DNA from: Malacoraja senta
Lineage: Eukaryota
Length of the DNA: 64,000 nucleotides
Direction: 5' to 3'
Assembly (NCBI GenBank): GCA_038087875.1
Contig: CM075988.1
Coordinates: forward strand, 19,656,001 to 19,720,000
Under the pieces are notes generated by a model that worked only from the letters and a program-made list of their open reading frames with translations, was not told the DNA's origin and made no database searches. How positions within the stretch are numbered: position 1 is the stretch's first letter; every line of letters starts with the position of its first letter. Both the position numbers and the translations under genes were made by a program. Below are positions 12,387-24,345 of this stretch, one piece after another.

Positions 12387-13310
12387 TCATGGTCTCTCAT
12401 GCGTCACTGTGCATGGGTCACATGCAGACAGCAGACAGAGGAGATTAGCTTAACTTGGCACCATGTTCAGCATGTACATTGTGGGCCGAAGGGCCTGTTC
12501 TTGTGCTGCACCATTCAATGTGCTAATGAGTTCAAATCTATGCTGCTAATTTTTCATCCCACTGCTAATTAGTATAGGGCTCCCTTATCTTACATTGTAC
12601 ACCTCAATTATATCAGTTCCAAAGCACCAACCCCATTGTATCCCTGCATTCCTCACAGCTAACACTTTCCAGTCCGGGTGGCCTTTCTCTGGCTTGTCTT
12701 CACCTGATCTAAATGCTTCACCTAAATGGTTTACAATCTGAACAATCATGTTCCTTCAGTCAGCACCTTCGCAGTTCAATACGTCCTGGTCAACATGTGC
12801 CTGTCCTCAAACTCTTTACTCATTTGCAAACCATTGATTGGAAAATCCGCCTTAACTAAATCTGGCATTGAAAGCTTGCAACGACCACAAAACTACCGGG
12901 TTGTTATAAAAACCGGCCTGACTGACTGATGTTCTTCAGGGAAAAGAAGTTTGCCAATTTTCCCCAGTCTCCAACCTCACCGCAGTGTGTTTGACTTTTA
13001 ACTGCCGTCTGAAATTGCTGAGCTAACAGTCTGCTGTGGGATCACAAATGCTGGCCTTGCCAATGCTCTCCACATCCCATGCATACATAATTGGACACAT
13101 TATAAAAGCATAATAACACTTGCAAAGACTCACAGAAGTTTGTGAGATGGTAGTCTTTCTATTCTCAGTCTGAAGCGGGCACATGCTTCCCTGGACACGA
13201 TGCCATCTGGTACGAGGCACTCCCATGAGGGGAAACATCGACCCATCTGTTCATCCTGTCATCCAAAGAAGTGGTTCAATAAGATCACCGTTCATTCTTC
13301 TGAACAACAA

Positions 13311-13640
13311 GGGCGGCATAGTGGCGCAACAGTCGAGTTACTGCCTCACAGCACCAGAGACCTGGATACCATCCTGACTATGGGTGTTGTCTGTGCAGAG
13401 TTTGTACGTTCTCCCTGTAACCGCGTGGGTTTTTCTCCGGGTGCACCAGTTTTCGCCAACATCCCATAGACGTGCAGGTTTGTAGCTCTATAGGCCTCCG
13501 TAAATTGCCCTTGGCGTGTAGGGAGTGGGTGCGAAAGTGGATCTAACATAGAATGAGTACGAATGGGTGATCGATGGTCAGCGTGGACTTGGTGGACCGA
13601 AGGGCCTGTTTCCACACTGTATCTCTAAACTAAACTAAAC
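13311..13640 (+). mobile_element. HE1-like V-SINE, full length
   Basis: From GGGCGGCATAGTGGCGCA to a (CTAAA)3 tail. Confidence 0.85.
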
Positions 13641-14043
13641 AAGTACAGGTCCAATCTGTTGAAAACCGTTTCTGCATTTAACCACTCACCTATTTCCACG
13701 TAGCAATTTGTACTAACCAATTACCCATCAACCCACCTGTCTTTTGGATGAGGCAGGAAACTGGAACACTTGTGGAAAACAGAGAACACCATAAATTAGG
13801 ATTAAACCTTAGCTGCTAGAGCAGTGGATAATTCTACCGCAATGTTATGCAGAACAAGACATTGCATTGAATGGCAACTCACAAGCAAGGTTATTTTGCA
13901 CTCTTAAAATAGACTTCAGGCAAACAGCACACGAAGAACTCCAAGTTTCCGAAACACCATCGGTAAATACTCCTGCTCATGTCTGTGGGAGCAGAGTAAT
14001 GGAAAATAACTATTAATCGATTGAAGTTTAGTCAAGACACCAT

Positions 14044-14331
14044 TCAAAGGGACTGTATAATCCAGCAGGAATCAATAGTTAATTCAGTGCAAGTATGATA
14101 GAAAACAATTATGTATGCTTGTTCCTGCCACATGAAACTTCTGTTGATCATTTCGTCTTCAAACTTGACAACATTGTCAGTTGTTTTGTTTGAAAATTGT
14201 ACGTCTCCCCTTTTAAAGTATAGCACAAAGTCTCTTTCAGAACCCTTTGTAATTTTTGGTGACACGACTTCAAAGATATTATTTTCCAATACCAATCTTC
14301 CTGGCTGCTCTCCACTGAAAAGACAGGCTTC
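14044..14331 (-). CDS. Candidate isolated terminal exon or pseudo-exon, 95 codons, product unknown
   Basis: gatattttctag acceptor directly followed by open frame EACLFSGEQPGRLVLENNIFEVVSPK...DSCWIIQSL*; unique sequence. Confidence 0.3.
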   Translation of the reverse strand, partial: EACLFSGEQPGRLVLENNIFEVVSPKITKGSERDFVLYFKRGDVQFSNKTTDNVVKFEDEMINRSFMWQEQAYIIVFYHTCTELTIDSCWIIQSL

Positions 14332-14699
14332 CTAGAAAATATCACACTAATGACACCTTATTTTGCAGTTGAAACAATAAAGAAACAGGCTTGTTTGGGA
14401 TTAAGCAAGGATTGTATGCGTGTAACACAAACCTCGAACAACATGTGCGTTCCATTTTTGTTTCTTTCTTTTAGTGTGCTCTATTGAAATTTGACAATGA
14501 TGGATCATGTCAGAGTGCTGTATGAAAGATAAAGAACTGAGTTATTATGAGAAGTCTAACCTCATCATGTCTTTGTTTCACCTTGGTGTAATTATCCTAT
14601 TCTTGGAAAGTTAAGAAGCCGCAAAACCATAGAAGAGATACAGAGGTTCTGTTCCTGTTTCTTCAATGCTGGCATTGGTCGGAGATGCTTAGATTTATA

Positions 14700-15112
14700 G
14701 AGCTGTACAACACTGAAGAAGGTCCTTCAGCCCATCTTGTCTAGGCCAACCAAGTTGGCGTACAGAGCTAATCCTATTTGCCTGCTTGTAGCCCGTATCC
14801 CTCCATATCCTTCCAACTGGCACGTCTTTTAAAAGCCATATTTTTATCCACTTCTATTATTTCCTCTGGCAGCTCATTCCAGATATGGACCGCCCTCTGA
14901 GTTGTCCCTGAGGTACCTCTCAATTACCCCCCCCCCCCCCGACCCCCTCTCACCTTAAGCCTATGGCCTCTAGTTTTAGAATCCTCCACCCTGGGGAAAA
15001 AAGGTTGTGAGCGTTCATTTTATCCAGGTCCCCTAAGATCTTGTACACCTCAATAAGGTCACCGCTCAGCCTTCCATGCTCCAAAGAAAAATGTCCCAAC
15101 CTATCCAGCCTT
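14700..15112 (-). mobile_element. CR1-type LINE 3' fragment
   Basis: LDRLGHFSLEHGRLSGDLIEVYKIL motif plus CR1 3' UTR. Confidence 0.8.
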
Positions 15113-15256
15113 AACCCAGAATAATTGTATAAGAAACCAAGAACTAGGAGAAGGAATAAAGCCAAACAGCCCCTCGATCTTATTCCAGAAAATAATAAGA
15201 TCTTGATGGATCTGATCTTGGCCTGAACTCCACTTCCAGGCAATTTTTTTTGTGAC

Positions 15257-15486
15257 TTTTAGTTTAGAGATACAGCATGGAAATAGGTCTTTTGGCCCAC
15301 CGAGTCCACACCGACCAATGATCACCCATACACCAGTTCCATGTTAACCCAGTTGCACACCCTGCACACTAGGGGCAATTTTACAGAAGCCAATTAACCT
15401 TCAAACCCGCACGTCTTTGGAATGTGGGAGGAAACCAGAGCACCAGGAGAAAACTTACACGGTCACAGGGAGAATGTGCAAACACT
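15257..15486 (-). mobile_element. HE1-like V-SINE, 5' truncated
   Basis: V-domain and tail present. Confidence 0.8.
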
Positions 15487-17381
15487 CACAATCTTCAGGC
15501 TCGGAGATCGATAGATGTTTCAATATTAGGGGAGTTCAGGGATATGGAGTTAGTGCTGGTATGAGATGCTGCAGTGAAGGAGAATCTATCATCAAAGATC
15601 CCCACCATCCAGGCAATGTCCTCTTCTTTCTACTACAGTCGGGCAGGAGGTACAGAAGCCTGAAGTCCCACACACCACCAGGTCCAGGAACAGCTACTTT
15701 CCTACAACCATCAGGTTCTTGAACCAACCCGCACAACCCTAATCCTATCTCGGTAACGGAACACTACGGACGACGTCTTGCACTATCGCGGACTTGCTTT
15801 GAGTGTTCTCTGAAGCTCTTCCACCGAGCTGGACTTGTTTCTTCTTCTAATTATGTTTTTGCACTAATGTCTTGTGTTGTTTTGCAAAGCTTTCATTTAG
15901 AATTTTATATATGATTTCTATATAATTGTTTGTGTGTGTGTTTGTCTGAGTCCACGTGCGTGCGATGATGCTGCAAGCTAGACTTTCATTGTACCTTTAG
16001 ACTATAGACGTTAGAGATACAGCGCGGAAACAGGCCCTTTGTCCCGCTGAGTCCACGCCAACTAGCGATCACCCCATACACTAGGGACAATTTTCAAATT
16101 TTACCAAAGTCAATTGACCTACAAACCTGCATGTCTTTGCAGTGTGGAGAGGAACTGGAGCACCCAGTCAAAGTCAAAGTCTCTTTGATGTTCAAAGGTC
16201 ACAGAGGGAATGTACAAACTCTGTAGAATGATCGCTGGATGACGCGGACTCGGTGGGATGAAGGGCTTGTTTCTGCACGGTATCTATAAAGTCTAAAATA
16301 AACTATTGTCATGGAATTGGATGCATTGGCATCAGGTGCACCTATAAAATGCACATTGAAGGAAGTTCATGACAAATCGAACTCACTTTTCTCTCTCCAG
16401 TGGAGATTTCTCATGGGCAAGTAACAGTCAAGCGCATCACTCAATGAATATTTCATCAAAGTGATGAAGCGTTTTCACTCTAATGAGTTCACCTTCATCA
16501 TTCAGAGATCAATTATTCCAATACAAATGAACTCCAGCTTGGTGGAAGAGCTTAGGAATACTTCGAGAACACTCAAAGCAAAGAGCTTTTACCTGTGATG
16601 TTCAAAGGGAACAATTCTTCAAAATGTGAATTGGTAATTAAGTTTAAAAGTAACCAGAGAAAGCCATGTCATTATTGGTGACAATTGATTTGTTCCCGTC
16701 ACTGTTAAAGTCTCTTATTGTCCACCTCAGGGGAGATTGCATTGTTTCTGCAACAATATAGTGAAATGAGATGGGAAGATACAGAAGAGATTCTTTAGGG
16801 ATATATCTGGCTTTGTCTGAGGTCTTTTAAATTTGAACAGTGCTTGTTCTGTGCTGACACTGGAGTGTGCCTATCCACAATTGCTGTTCACCGCCACAAA
16901 CGGGTTAGAGTTAACGGCGACTTGGCCAAAGCCATGGCTTGCCTTCCTTTATGGCCAAACATTTTATTTCTATTCTGAATTATTCGGAATTATTATTTTG
17001 CTTCTGAAGAAGGGTCTCAACCTGAAACGTCACCCATTCCTTCTCTCCAGAGGTGCTGCCTGTCCCGCTGAGTTACTCCAGCATTTTGTGTCAATCTTCG
17101 ATTTAAACCAACATCTGCAGTTCCTTCCTGCACATTTTCTTTTTATTGATTAATTTTACAGAACGTTATTATAGAGTGATGTGTGCAAACATGCAGTGTG
17201 CAAACAGGCACTTCGGCCCAACTTGCCCACACCAACCAATATGTCCCATCTACACTTGTCCCACTTGTCTGCATTTGGCCCAATATTCTTCCAAATCTGT
17301 CCTTTGCATGTACCAGTCTAATTGCTTCTTAAATGTTGCGATAGTCCATGCCTCAGCTACCTCGTGGCAGCTTGTTCCATA

Positions 17382-17384
17382 TAT

Positions 17385-17415
<31 letters not shown>

Positions 17416-17417
17416 TT
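17382..17417. repeat. (TATT)n microsatellite
   Basis: Seen directly. Confidence 0.95.
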
Positions 17418-17746
17418 CCGAACAAGTAAAGACATTAAAGACATTGATATTAACAAAATCGAAATTATCAAACAATTGAACATTGCAATCAACATTTACA
17501 ATTGAGAAGAACAAAATCAAGGTTCCAATGTCCAACTCAGAGTCTATACAAGCTCGAAAAGGAGTGAGAAGAAGAATAACTTATTAAATCTCACCCCTTT
17601 TCCCACACTTCTATCGTATTTAAAAATCAATTCCTTACTAATAATAGTACTGCCCTAGGCAATTTCCCATAATACATACAGACACTTATATACATTCAAC
17701 TATTATGTACATACAATCTTCATATTTGAAGTACCCAACATCAGTG

Positions 17747-17819
17747 AACAATAGTAAACAAGATAAACATCAACAATAGTAACAAGATAACATCAACGAT
17801 TGTAAACAAGATAAACATC
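17747..17819. repeat. About 25-bp tandem repeat, three copies (AACAATAGTAAACAAGATAAACATC)
   Basis: Seen directly. Confidence 0.9.
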
Positions 17820-17885
17820 TTGAAAAAGGTATCCCTCAGATTCCTATAAAATCTTCCCCCCCTTCACCCTCTATGCCCTCTAGTT

Positions 17886-17979
17886 CTCTTCTCCTTCTCC
17901 TTCTCCTTCTCCTTCTCCTTCTCCTTCTCCTTCTCCTTCTCCTTCTTCTTCTTCTTCTTCTTCTTCTTCTTCTTCTTCT
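17886..17979. repeat. Compound (TCCTTC)n-(TTC)n microsatellite
   Basis: Seen directly; explains the poly-R, poly-L and poly-E ORFs. Confidence 0.95.
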
Positions 17980-18182
17980 TTTTGCGTATGGCGTGCACAG
18001 CCTAAAGTTGTGGGACAACTTGTTTTATTTGATCTTATTTGATTGTGCACGCCAGGTTGATTGCATTCGTCGAAACAGGGCGGACCACGTGAAGTCATTT
18101 GAAGTAGAGTTGGTGGATCTGAACCTGGCTGTGTGCAGAAGAATTTTCAGTTATTTTGATGAGTGACACATTTGCTGTGTTA

Positions 18183-18722
18183 AGGGGCTGTCCCACTTGG
18201 GCGACCTGATTGGCGAGTTTAGAAGAGTTTGAAAAAATGACATGTTGAAGACCTCCTTCGACCTTGTAGAAGACCTCCTTCGACTATGTTGAAGACCTCC
18301 TTCGACTATGTTGAAGACTAGCTACGACTAGCTACGACTAACTTCGGGAAAATTGGACATCGAATAGTGGAGAGTGAAGACGACCTCCTTCGATCTCCTT
18401 CGACCTCCCTTCGACTATGATGAAGACTATCTATGACTACCTTCGACTACCCTCGATTACCTGCGACTAACATGCCGACCTACTACGACTAAACCTACAG
18501 TAAAAAATGTATCGATTTTTTCCATGGCAACCTTTTTTTACTTTTAACATATTGAAAATAACGCCACGACCTAGCTGAGGCCTTGAGTACGCGGAGACCA
18601 CTCGAGCATGAAGGAGAGTTACGAAGACCTCCTACGACCTCGTGTCGACCATGCTGCGAGTATGAGTCGAGGGCAAACTCGCCAGAACTTGCGGATTAGG
18701 TCGCCCAAGTGGGACAGGCCCT
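18183..18722. mobile_element. PIF/Harbinger-like MITE
   Basis: 25-bp TIRs AGGGGCTGTCCCACTTGGGCGACCT (24/25 match), flanks TTA/TCA (3-bp TSD with one mismatch), CpG-rich internal repeats. Confidence 0.8.
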
Positions 18723-19207
18723 TCACAACTTGTAATGTGAGTCGTGATATATGTTTTCAAAATGTTGGTATCATTTGTGTAATAATATTTGTGTTGAATT
18801 TGCAATAGAAACATTTTTTACTTTGGACCCTGATTTGAGAGGACAGTGAAGGCATAACTTGCATATCACTTTCTATATCATCCCATAACACTTTACAGCT
18901 GGAGGTATTCTTAGAACGGCACAGTGGTGTATCAGTCAGTACCTGCTGCCTCACAGCTCCAGCTAACTAGGTTTGATACAATTTTCTGATGCTGGATTTG
19001 TGGAGTTTGCCTGTTCTCCCTGTGGCCACGCAGACTTCCATGAACATATCTGTTTGTTTTCTTCCCACATTCCAAAGCAATACTGATTGATTACAGTAAA
19101 TTACCCCAGGTGTGGGTGGTTTAGTTTAGGGTTAGGGATACACCGCAAGCCTAGTGCATTTCATGTGACACATATAAATTAATGGGTAAACTCACGTTGG
19201 CATCCAC

Positions 19208-19498
19208 TTACAGCACCAGAGACCCGGGTTCGATCCTGACCATGGGTGCTATCTGTCTGACGTTTGCACATTCTTCCTGTGACCGTGTGGGTTTTCTCCG
19301 GGTGCTCCGGTTTCTCCCCACATTCCAAAGATGTGCAGGTTTGTAGGTTAATTGGCTTCTGTAATATTGCCCCTAGTGTGTGGGCTGCAAAACTGGGATA
19401 ACATAGAACTAGTGTATGGGTGATCATTGGTCGGCATGGACTCAGTGGGCCGAAGGGTTTGTTGTCATGCTATATCTCTAAACTAAACCAAACTAAAA
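19208..19498 (+). mobile_element. HE1-like V-SINE (an older decayed copy lies at about 18918-19130)
   Basis: SINE consensus match. Confidence 0.8.
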
Positions 19499-20755
19499 AC
19501 TCTCCCACCCGAACTGTTCCACTCAGAAACGTTGCTCAAGCAACCAAATGCCAACCAGGCTGGTAATCAGCAATCCCAACATAGCCAGTTTTCTCTATTT
19601 CCCTGTGCACCTAAAAAAAATAACGGTTCAGGGTCCAATGATGACATTCCTATTAAATATTGATGACTTTGCGATCAACAATTGTGCTGTTATTTTAAGG
19701 CCCAATTTGATGCCTGTGAGCAAATTCACAATGACATCTTGAAGATTTTCTTCTTAGATAACTTCTTTAGCCAGAATCCAAAATTTCTGATTACACGAGT
19801 GTATTTTTTCTTATCATTGCTCAAGTTCAATTTTCTACTTCTTCCAACTATTTCATTCCAACTCCATTATGAAGGTCAGGGAATTATTTCAATTTACTGA
19901 GGTGACAATTTTGTGGATTTTCAATTCATCACAGTGGTCAAACACAGAGCTGACAGTAAACAAATATTTAGTTTGACTTTAAAGTGTGAAGTCTTGTCTC
20001 CTTGTTGTGCCTCTCAAGACCAATGGAAAAAAAGAAAGTAAGAGTGGAATCCATCCATTCCTTAGAGTACCGCCCTGCAGATGAATGCGATCGTGGATAA
20101 TCATCCAAACATATTCATTGATCCTGCTTTCTTCCCACACCACATGATCTATTAGCCTTGATCTATAAATATATCTAATTTATTTCCATGCCTCATCATC
20201 CTTTATTATTTGTCCTTCCACCACAAGAATCAGTCTAGTCAACTTTTGCATCTTCAGATAAAGAATCCAGAAATGGACTGAAGTGTGCTTGAAGGTTTTG
20301 TATAATTGCAGCAAGACATCTCTCCTCTTATACTTACCATCTCTTGGATCTCCTATCTCCCTCATTGGAGACCCTCGGACTATCTTTAATCGGACTTTAT
20401 CTTGCACTAAACGTTATTCCCTTTGTTCTGTACGCTCTGGACCGTAATCATGATTGTAATCATGTATAGTCTTTCTGCTAAGCTTTTCACTGTACCTCGG
20501 TACATGTGACACAGAACTAAACCAAACTAACATAACCTAAACTAAACTAAACTTGAATCCTGCTGCTGTGAAGACTAACACTTGCCTTATTATTCAGCCA
20601 CTGCAGCTCTGTTTAATATTTCAGGTCCATGGTCTGTCAAAACTGTTCCGACATAGGTTCTTGCATCTGAGACATTAGCACTGTTTCTCTTTCCACAGAT
20701 GCTGCCTGACCTGCTGAGAGTTTGCAGCATTTTCCGTTTTCATTCCACGGTTCAT

Positions 20756-20898
20756 GCCACCATGCTGATGAACACTGTCTGGTGCCATGGCCAAAAAAAC
20801 ATGGTCTGGCTCGATGGCAATAAACTCTCTGCTACCATGGCGATAATCACCGTCTGTTACTATGGCGACAAATAAATACTGTCCACTACCATGGCGAT
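20756..20898. promoter_or_regulatory. Degenerate tandem array of six RFX X-box-like motifs
   Basis: GTTACTATGGCGAC, GCTACCATGGCGAT, ACTACCATGGCGAT and three weaker units at 23-29 bp spacing. Confidence 0.4.
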
Positions 20899-21035
20899 GA
20901 ACACATTATAACACCATGTAAATACAGTAGGTGCCTCTGAAACAAGTTAGAAAAATATTAATGATAGACACAAAATCCTGGCGTAACTCAGTGAGGCAGG
21001 CAGCATTCCTGGAGAAATAGGATACATGACATTTC

Positions 21036-21590
21036 GAGTGGCTGCCTCGTCAACAGTCTGTCTCGTCCCTTTCTTCTTTGTTGTTTTTTAGTATGTGCTG
21101 GAGGTATGTTTTAGTGCTCTTTAGCTTTGTTATATGTGGGGGGTGGGTTGGGGGAAACTTTTTTTAAATCTCTTATCCGTACTACGGCCTAACATCGTGG
21201 AGCTGGCGGGCTCTTGCTGGGGACCGACTTCGGGAGCCTGCAGGACTTAACATCGTGGAGCTGGCGATCCCTGTCTGGGATCGACCTTGGAGCTCCAACC
21301 TTGGAGGTCTGCAGACTTTAGCATCATGGAGCTCGTGGTCCCTTGGGCTAGGGACCGACTTTGGGAGCTTCGACTGCCCCGACCGCGCGAGAATAAAGAG
21401 GGAAGAAGGTTGGACTTTATTGCCTTCCATTACAGTGAGGAATGTGGGGATCCGCTGTGGTGGATGTTTATGTTAACTTTTATGTAGTTGTGTGTCTTGT
21501 TGCTTTTTTTTAGTATGGCTGTAAGGTAAATCGTATTTCACCGTACCTTAATTGGTACACGTGACAATAAAATACCTTTGAACCTTTGAG
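21036..21590 (+). mobile_element. Non-coding retroposon with internal ACATCGTGGAGCT repeats and a LINE-type 3' tail
   Basis: Interrupts a Penelope terminal-repeat unit; ends GTACCTTAATTGGTAC-ACGTGACAATAAA then (ACCTTTGA)2. Confidence 0.55.
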
Positions 21591-21663
21591 GATGTGCTTT
21601 GAACAACTCAAACTGTAAATACAGCAAAAGGTAGAGTTTGTGCAGCTGTGTAGTTTAACTGAT

Positions 21664-22061
21664 GGTACACAAAAATGCTGGAGAAACTCAGCGGGTGCAG
21701 CAGCATCTATGGAGCGAAGGAAATAGGTAACGTTTCGGGCCGAAACCCTTCTTCAGACTGCTTTTTTTTTTTTTTTTTGGGTAAGGATGTGGTCGTAGAG
21801 TTGGAGGGCAGGGGGGATCACAGAGATGGGGCAGTTAGAGAGTTGGGTGTGGAACAGTCTCCGGAGAGAGGAGAACTTCTTCAAAGTAGGCATACCTTGA
21901 CGAGATTTCGCAGTGGAGTAGACAAAGTGTTAAAGAAGGAACTGCAGATGCTGGAAAATCGAAGGTACACAAAAATGCTGGAGAAACTCAGCGGGTGCAG
22001 CAGCATCTATGGAGCGAAGGAAATAGGTAACGTTTCGGGCCGAAACCCTTCTTCAGACTGG
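21664..22061 (-). mobile_element. Penelope-derived cassette: two identical 97-bp hammerhead-like terminal repeats 300 bp apart
   Basis: 21664-21760 is identical to 21964-22060; 11-bp TSD GTTTAACTGAT (21653-21663, 22062-22072); internal short ORF start MPTLKKFSSLRR followed by an A17 tract. Confidence 0.85.
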
Positions 22062-23884
22062 GTTTAACTGATTATTCTTCAAGATGTTTTGATGTAACAC
22101 TCGCATGGCTGCACGTTTCTGTTGATTGCATCTTGTTTGATTATTGATTAATTAAGCATGAAACAGTTAATCAGCTGTCGATGCCCCCAATGTTATCAGT
22201 GATGTTGAAATCATCCATAAACGTGTCGCCAAGGATCAGAGATGTGAAAAGCAGCATCTTCGCATACACCCAACAGTCTGCAGACACAACATCCAAGCAA
22301 ATGACCCATTGTCAAGGAAAAGGCGCTCAGACCAATCTGATCCAACTTCACTGCAGTATATGGGGTGAACGCACAGTCTATTTCCCAGGGTAGGCGATTC
22401 AGAAACTAGAAGAAAGGTTTAAGGTGACAGGGGTATGAGTTTGCATTTTAAGTTTACAGACAAGCACCTGACTACAGGTGCTTGTCTGTACGGAGTTTAG
22501 ACGTTCTCCCTGTGACCCTTGGGTTTTCCCCAGGTGCTCCGGTTTCCTCCCACATTCCAAACACGTGCGGGTTTGTAGGTTAATTGGCTCCGGTAAAGAT
22601 TGTCCCGAGTGTGCAGGATAGTGCTAGTGTACGGGTGTCGCTGGTCAGCGTGGACATGGTGGGCCGAAGGGCCTGTTTCCAAACTGTATCACTCAACTAA
22701 ACTATTGCTAGAAGACCATTGATTCAGTCAAAGCCATCCTTTGGTCGGCCCAAAACATGGTCTTCCTGTACAGTGAGATGCCCGTGAGGGAAATCTGCTT
22801 CCCGGCACATTGCAGGATGCTCAGTGAAGCTCAGTGCATCCGACACAAAGGCTTTGTGTGGAAGGACTGCACTCCAAGGTCCCTCTGCCTCTCGACATTG
22901 AAGGCTAAGCCCTGTGAAGAAACACTTGTACTTTGTATAATCCCAGGAGGCCACATAACTAGCAATGATATTCTGTAGACAAAATATGCTTGCACTACCA
23001 ATGCATAGACCCCAAAGCAATATGATGCTATATTTTTATTATTGTCATGTATATCGAGATACACTGATGAACTTTGTTTGCAGGCCATCCAGTCAAAATC
23101 ATGCTTAAAAGTAACAGGTGGAAAGTTTAAAAAAGATGGGTGAGAAAATATTTTTACACAGAGGGTGTAGGGTGTCTGGAACTCACTGCCAAGTGTGGTG
23201 GTAGAGGCAGATACGATAGTGGTGTTTCAAAGTCTTTTAGATAGCACATGGATATGTAGGGAATGAAGGGATATAGATCACATGCAAGTTGTGGAGATTA
23301 TTTTATCATGGCATCGTGTTCAGCACAGTCATTGTGGGCCAAAGGGCCTGTTCCTGTGCTGTCCTTTCCTAAGTTCTATGTTCTGTATCCCGACCTGCAC
23401 TCCCCCTCACCACTTAATGCTCCCGGATTGTAATCATTCACCGGAACAGATGTGTTGTGATCGAATTTTCGAATTGCCTTGAAGACAGAATGGAAGGATT
23501 GCAGGGAGCTGGAATGGACAGTGCCGACCAGACTGCGGCGATGCTGTAGTCAGCATGATTGCACTCTTATAACAAGGAAAAGTGTCTAAAGAGTGAAGTG
23601 TTACTTCATGGAGAGCTGTTGCAGGTCAGAGAGTACGTTCTCCTCTGAATTCCTTTGTCAACACAATTAACCAGTGAAATTGCTTTTAATCCTTACCCAC
23701 TCAATATTGATTACATAAAGAGTTCTGCCACTGACTTCAGTCGAGATAGTTTTATTGACCTTCATTTCAACCTAAAATGTAAATGTTTCTGTAAACTTCA
23801 TTTCCCTCTTCTGGAAGGCTGAGAATTCAGAGGCGGCCAATATTAATGGGTCTGTTGCTCTGAATCCCAAACCCTTTACTCACA

Positions 23885-24345
23885 ACGTCTGTGGCCAACA
23901 TGATGCCAAGATAAACTCATCTCTTCTGCCTGCATGTGATCCATATCCCTCCATTCCCTAGATATCCATGTGCTATCTAAGAGTCTCTTAAATGCCACTA
24001 TTGTATCTGCCTCCACCACCACCCCTGGGCAAGAAACCTGGACTTTCCTTGCAGTGGGGTCATGGAGGCATGGGGGATAAAGACTCTGTGCATTTGCCCT
24101 ATCTATTCCCCTTACAATTTTATACACAAGATCACCCCTCAGCCTCCTGCGCTCCAAGGAATAAAGTCCAGGCCTACCCAACTTCTCCCTACAGCTCAGG
24201 CTCTCGTGTCCTGGCAATATCCTCGTAAACCTTCTTTGTATCCTTTCTAACTTGATGGCATCCGTCTCAGAACAGGGTGACCAAAACTGAACACAATACT
24301 CCAAATGTCTTGTACGATTGTAATATATCATCCCAACTTCTATAC
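23885..24345 (-). mobile_element. CR1-type LINE 3' fragment
   Basis: HLEYCVQFWSP...LERIQRRFTRILPG...LERRRLRGDL. Confidence 0.85.

Noticed and set aside
13311..13385. tRNA gene at SINE heads (here and in other copies)
   Set aside because: The A/B-box-like head runs into the V-domain and CR1 tail with no full cloverleaf, so these are SINEs
16387..16593. Minus-strand exon-like frame with three in-frame TGA codons (selenoprotein or pseudogene idea)
   Set aside because: No recognisable homology, no SECIS seen, every frame has stops, and its end phase does not fit the long frame at 14331
17836..18166. Poly-Arg, poly-Leu and poly-Glu ORFs
   Set aside because: They are translations of the (TCCTTC)n/(TTC)n microsatellite
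18240..18500. CRISPR-like repeat-spacer array
   Set aside because: Irregular short repeats with no unique spacers, inside a TIR element in eukaryotic DNA, and no cas genes
18757..18954. WDDIESDM resembling a doublecortin-domain (DCDC1-like) motif
   Set aside because: The DNA (TGTAAAGTGTTATGGGATG...ATGCAAGT, minus strand) is better explained as a decayed SINE/L2-type 3' tail, and no supporting exon chain exists
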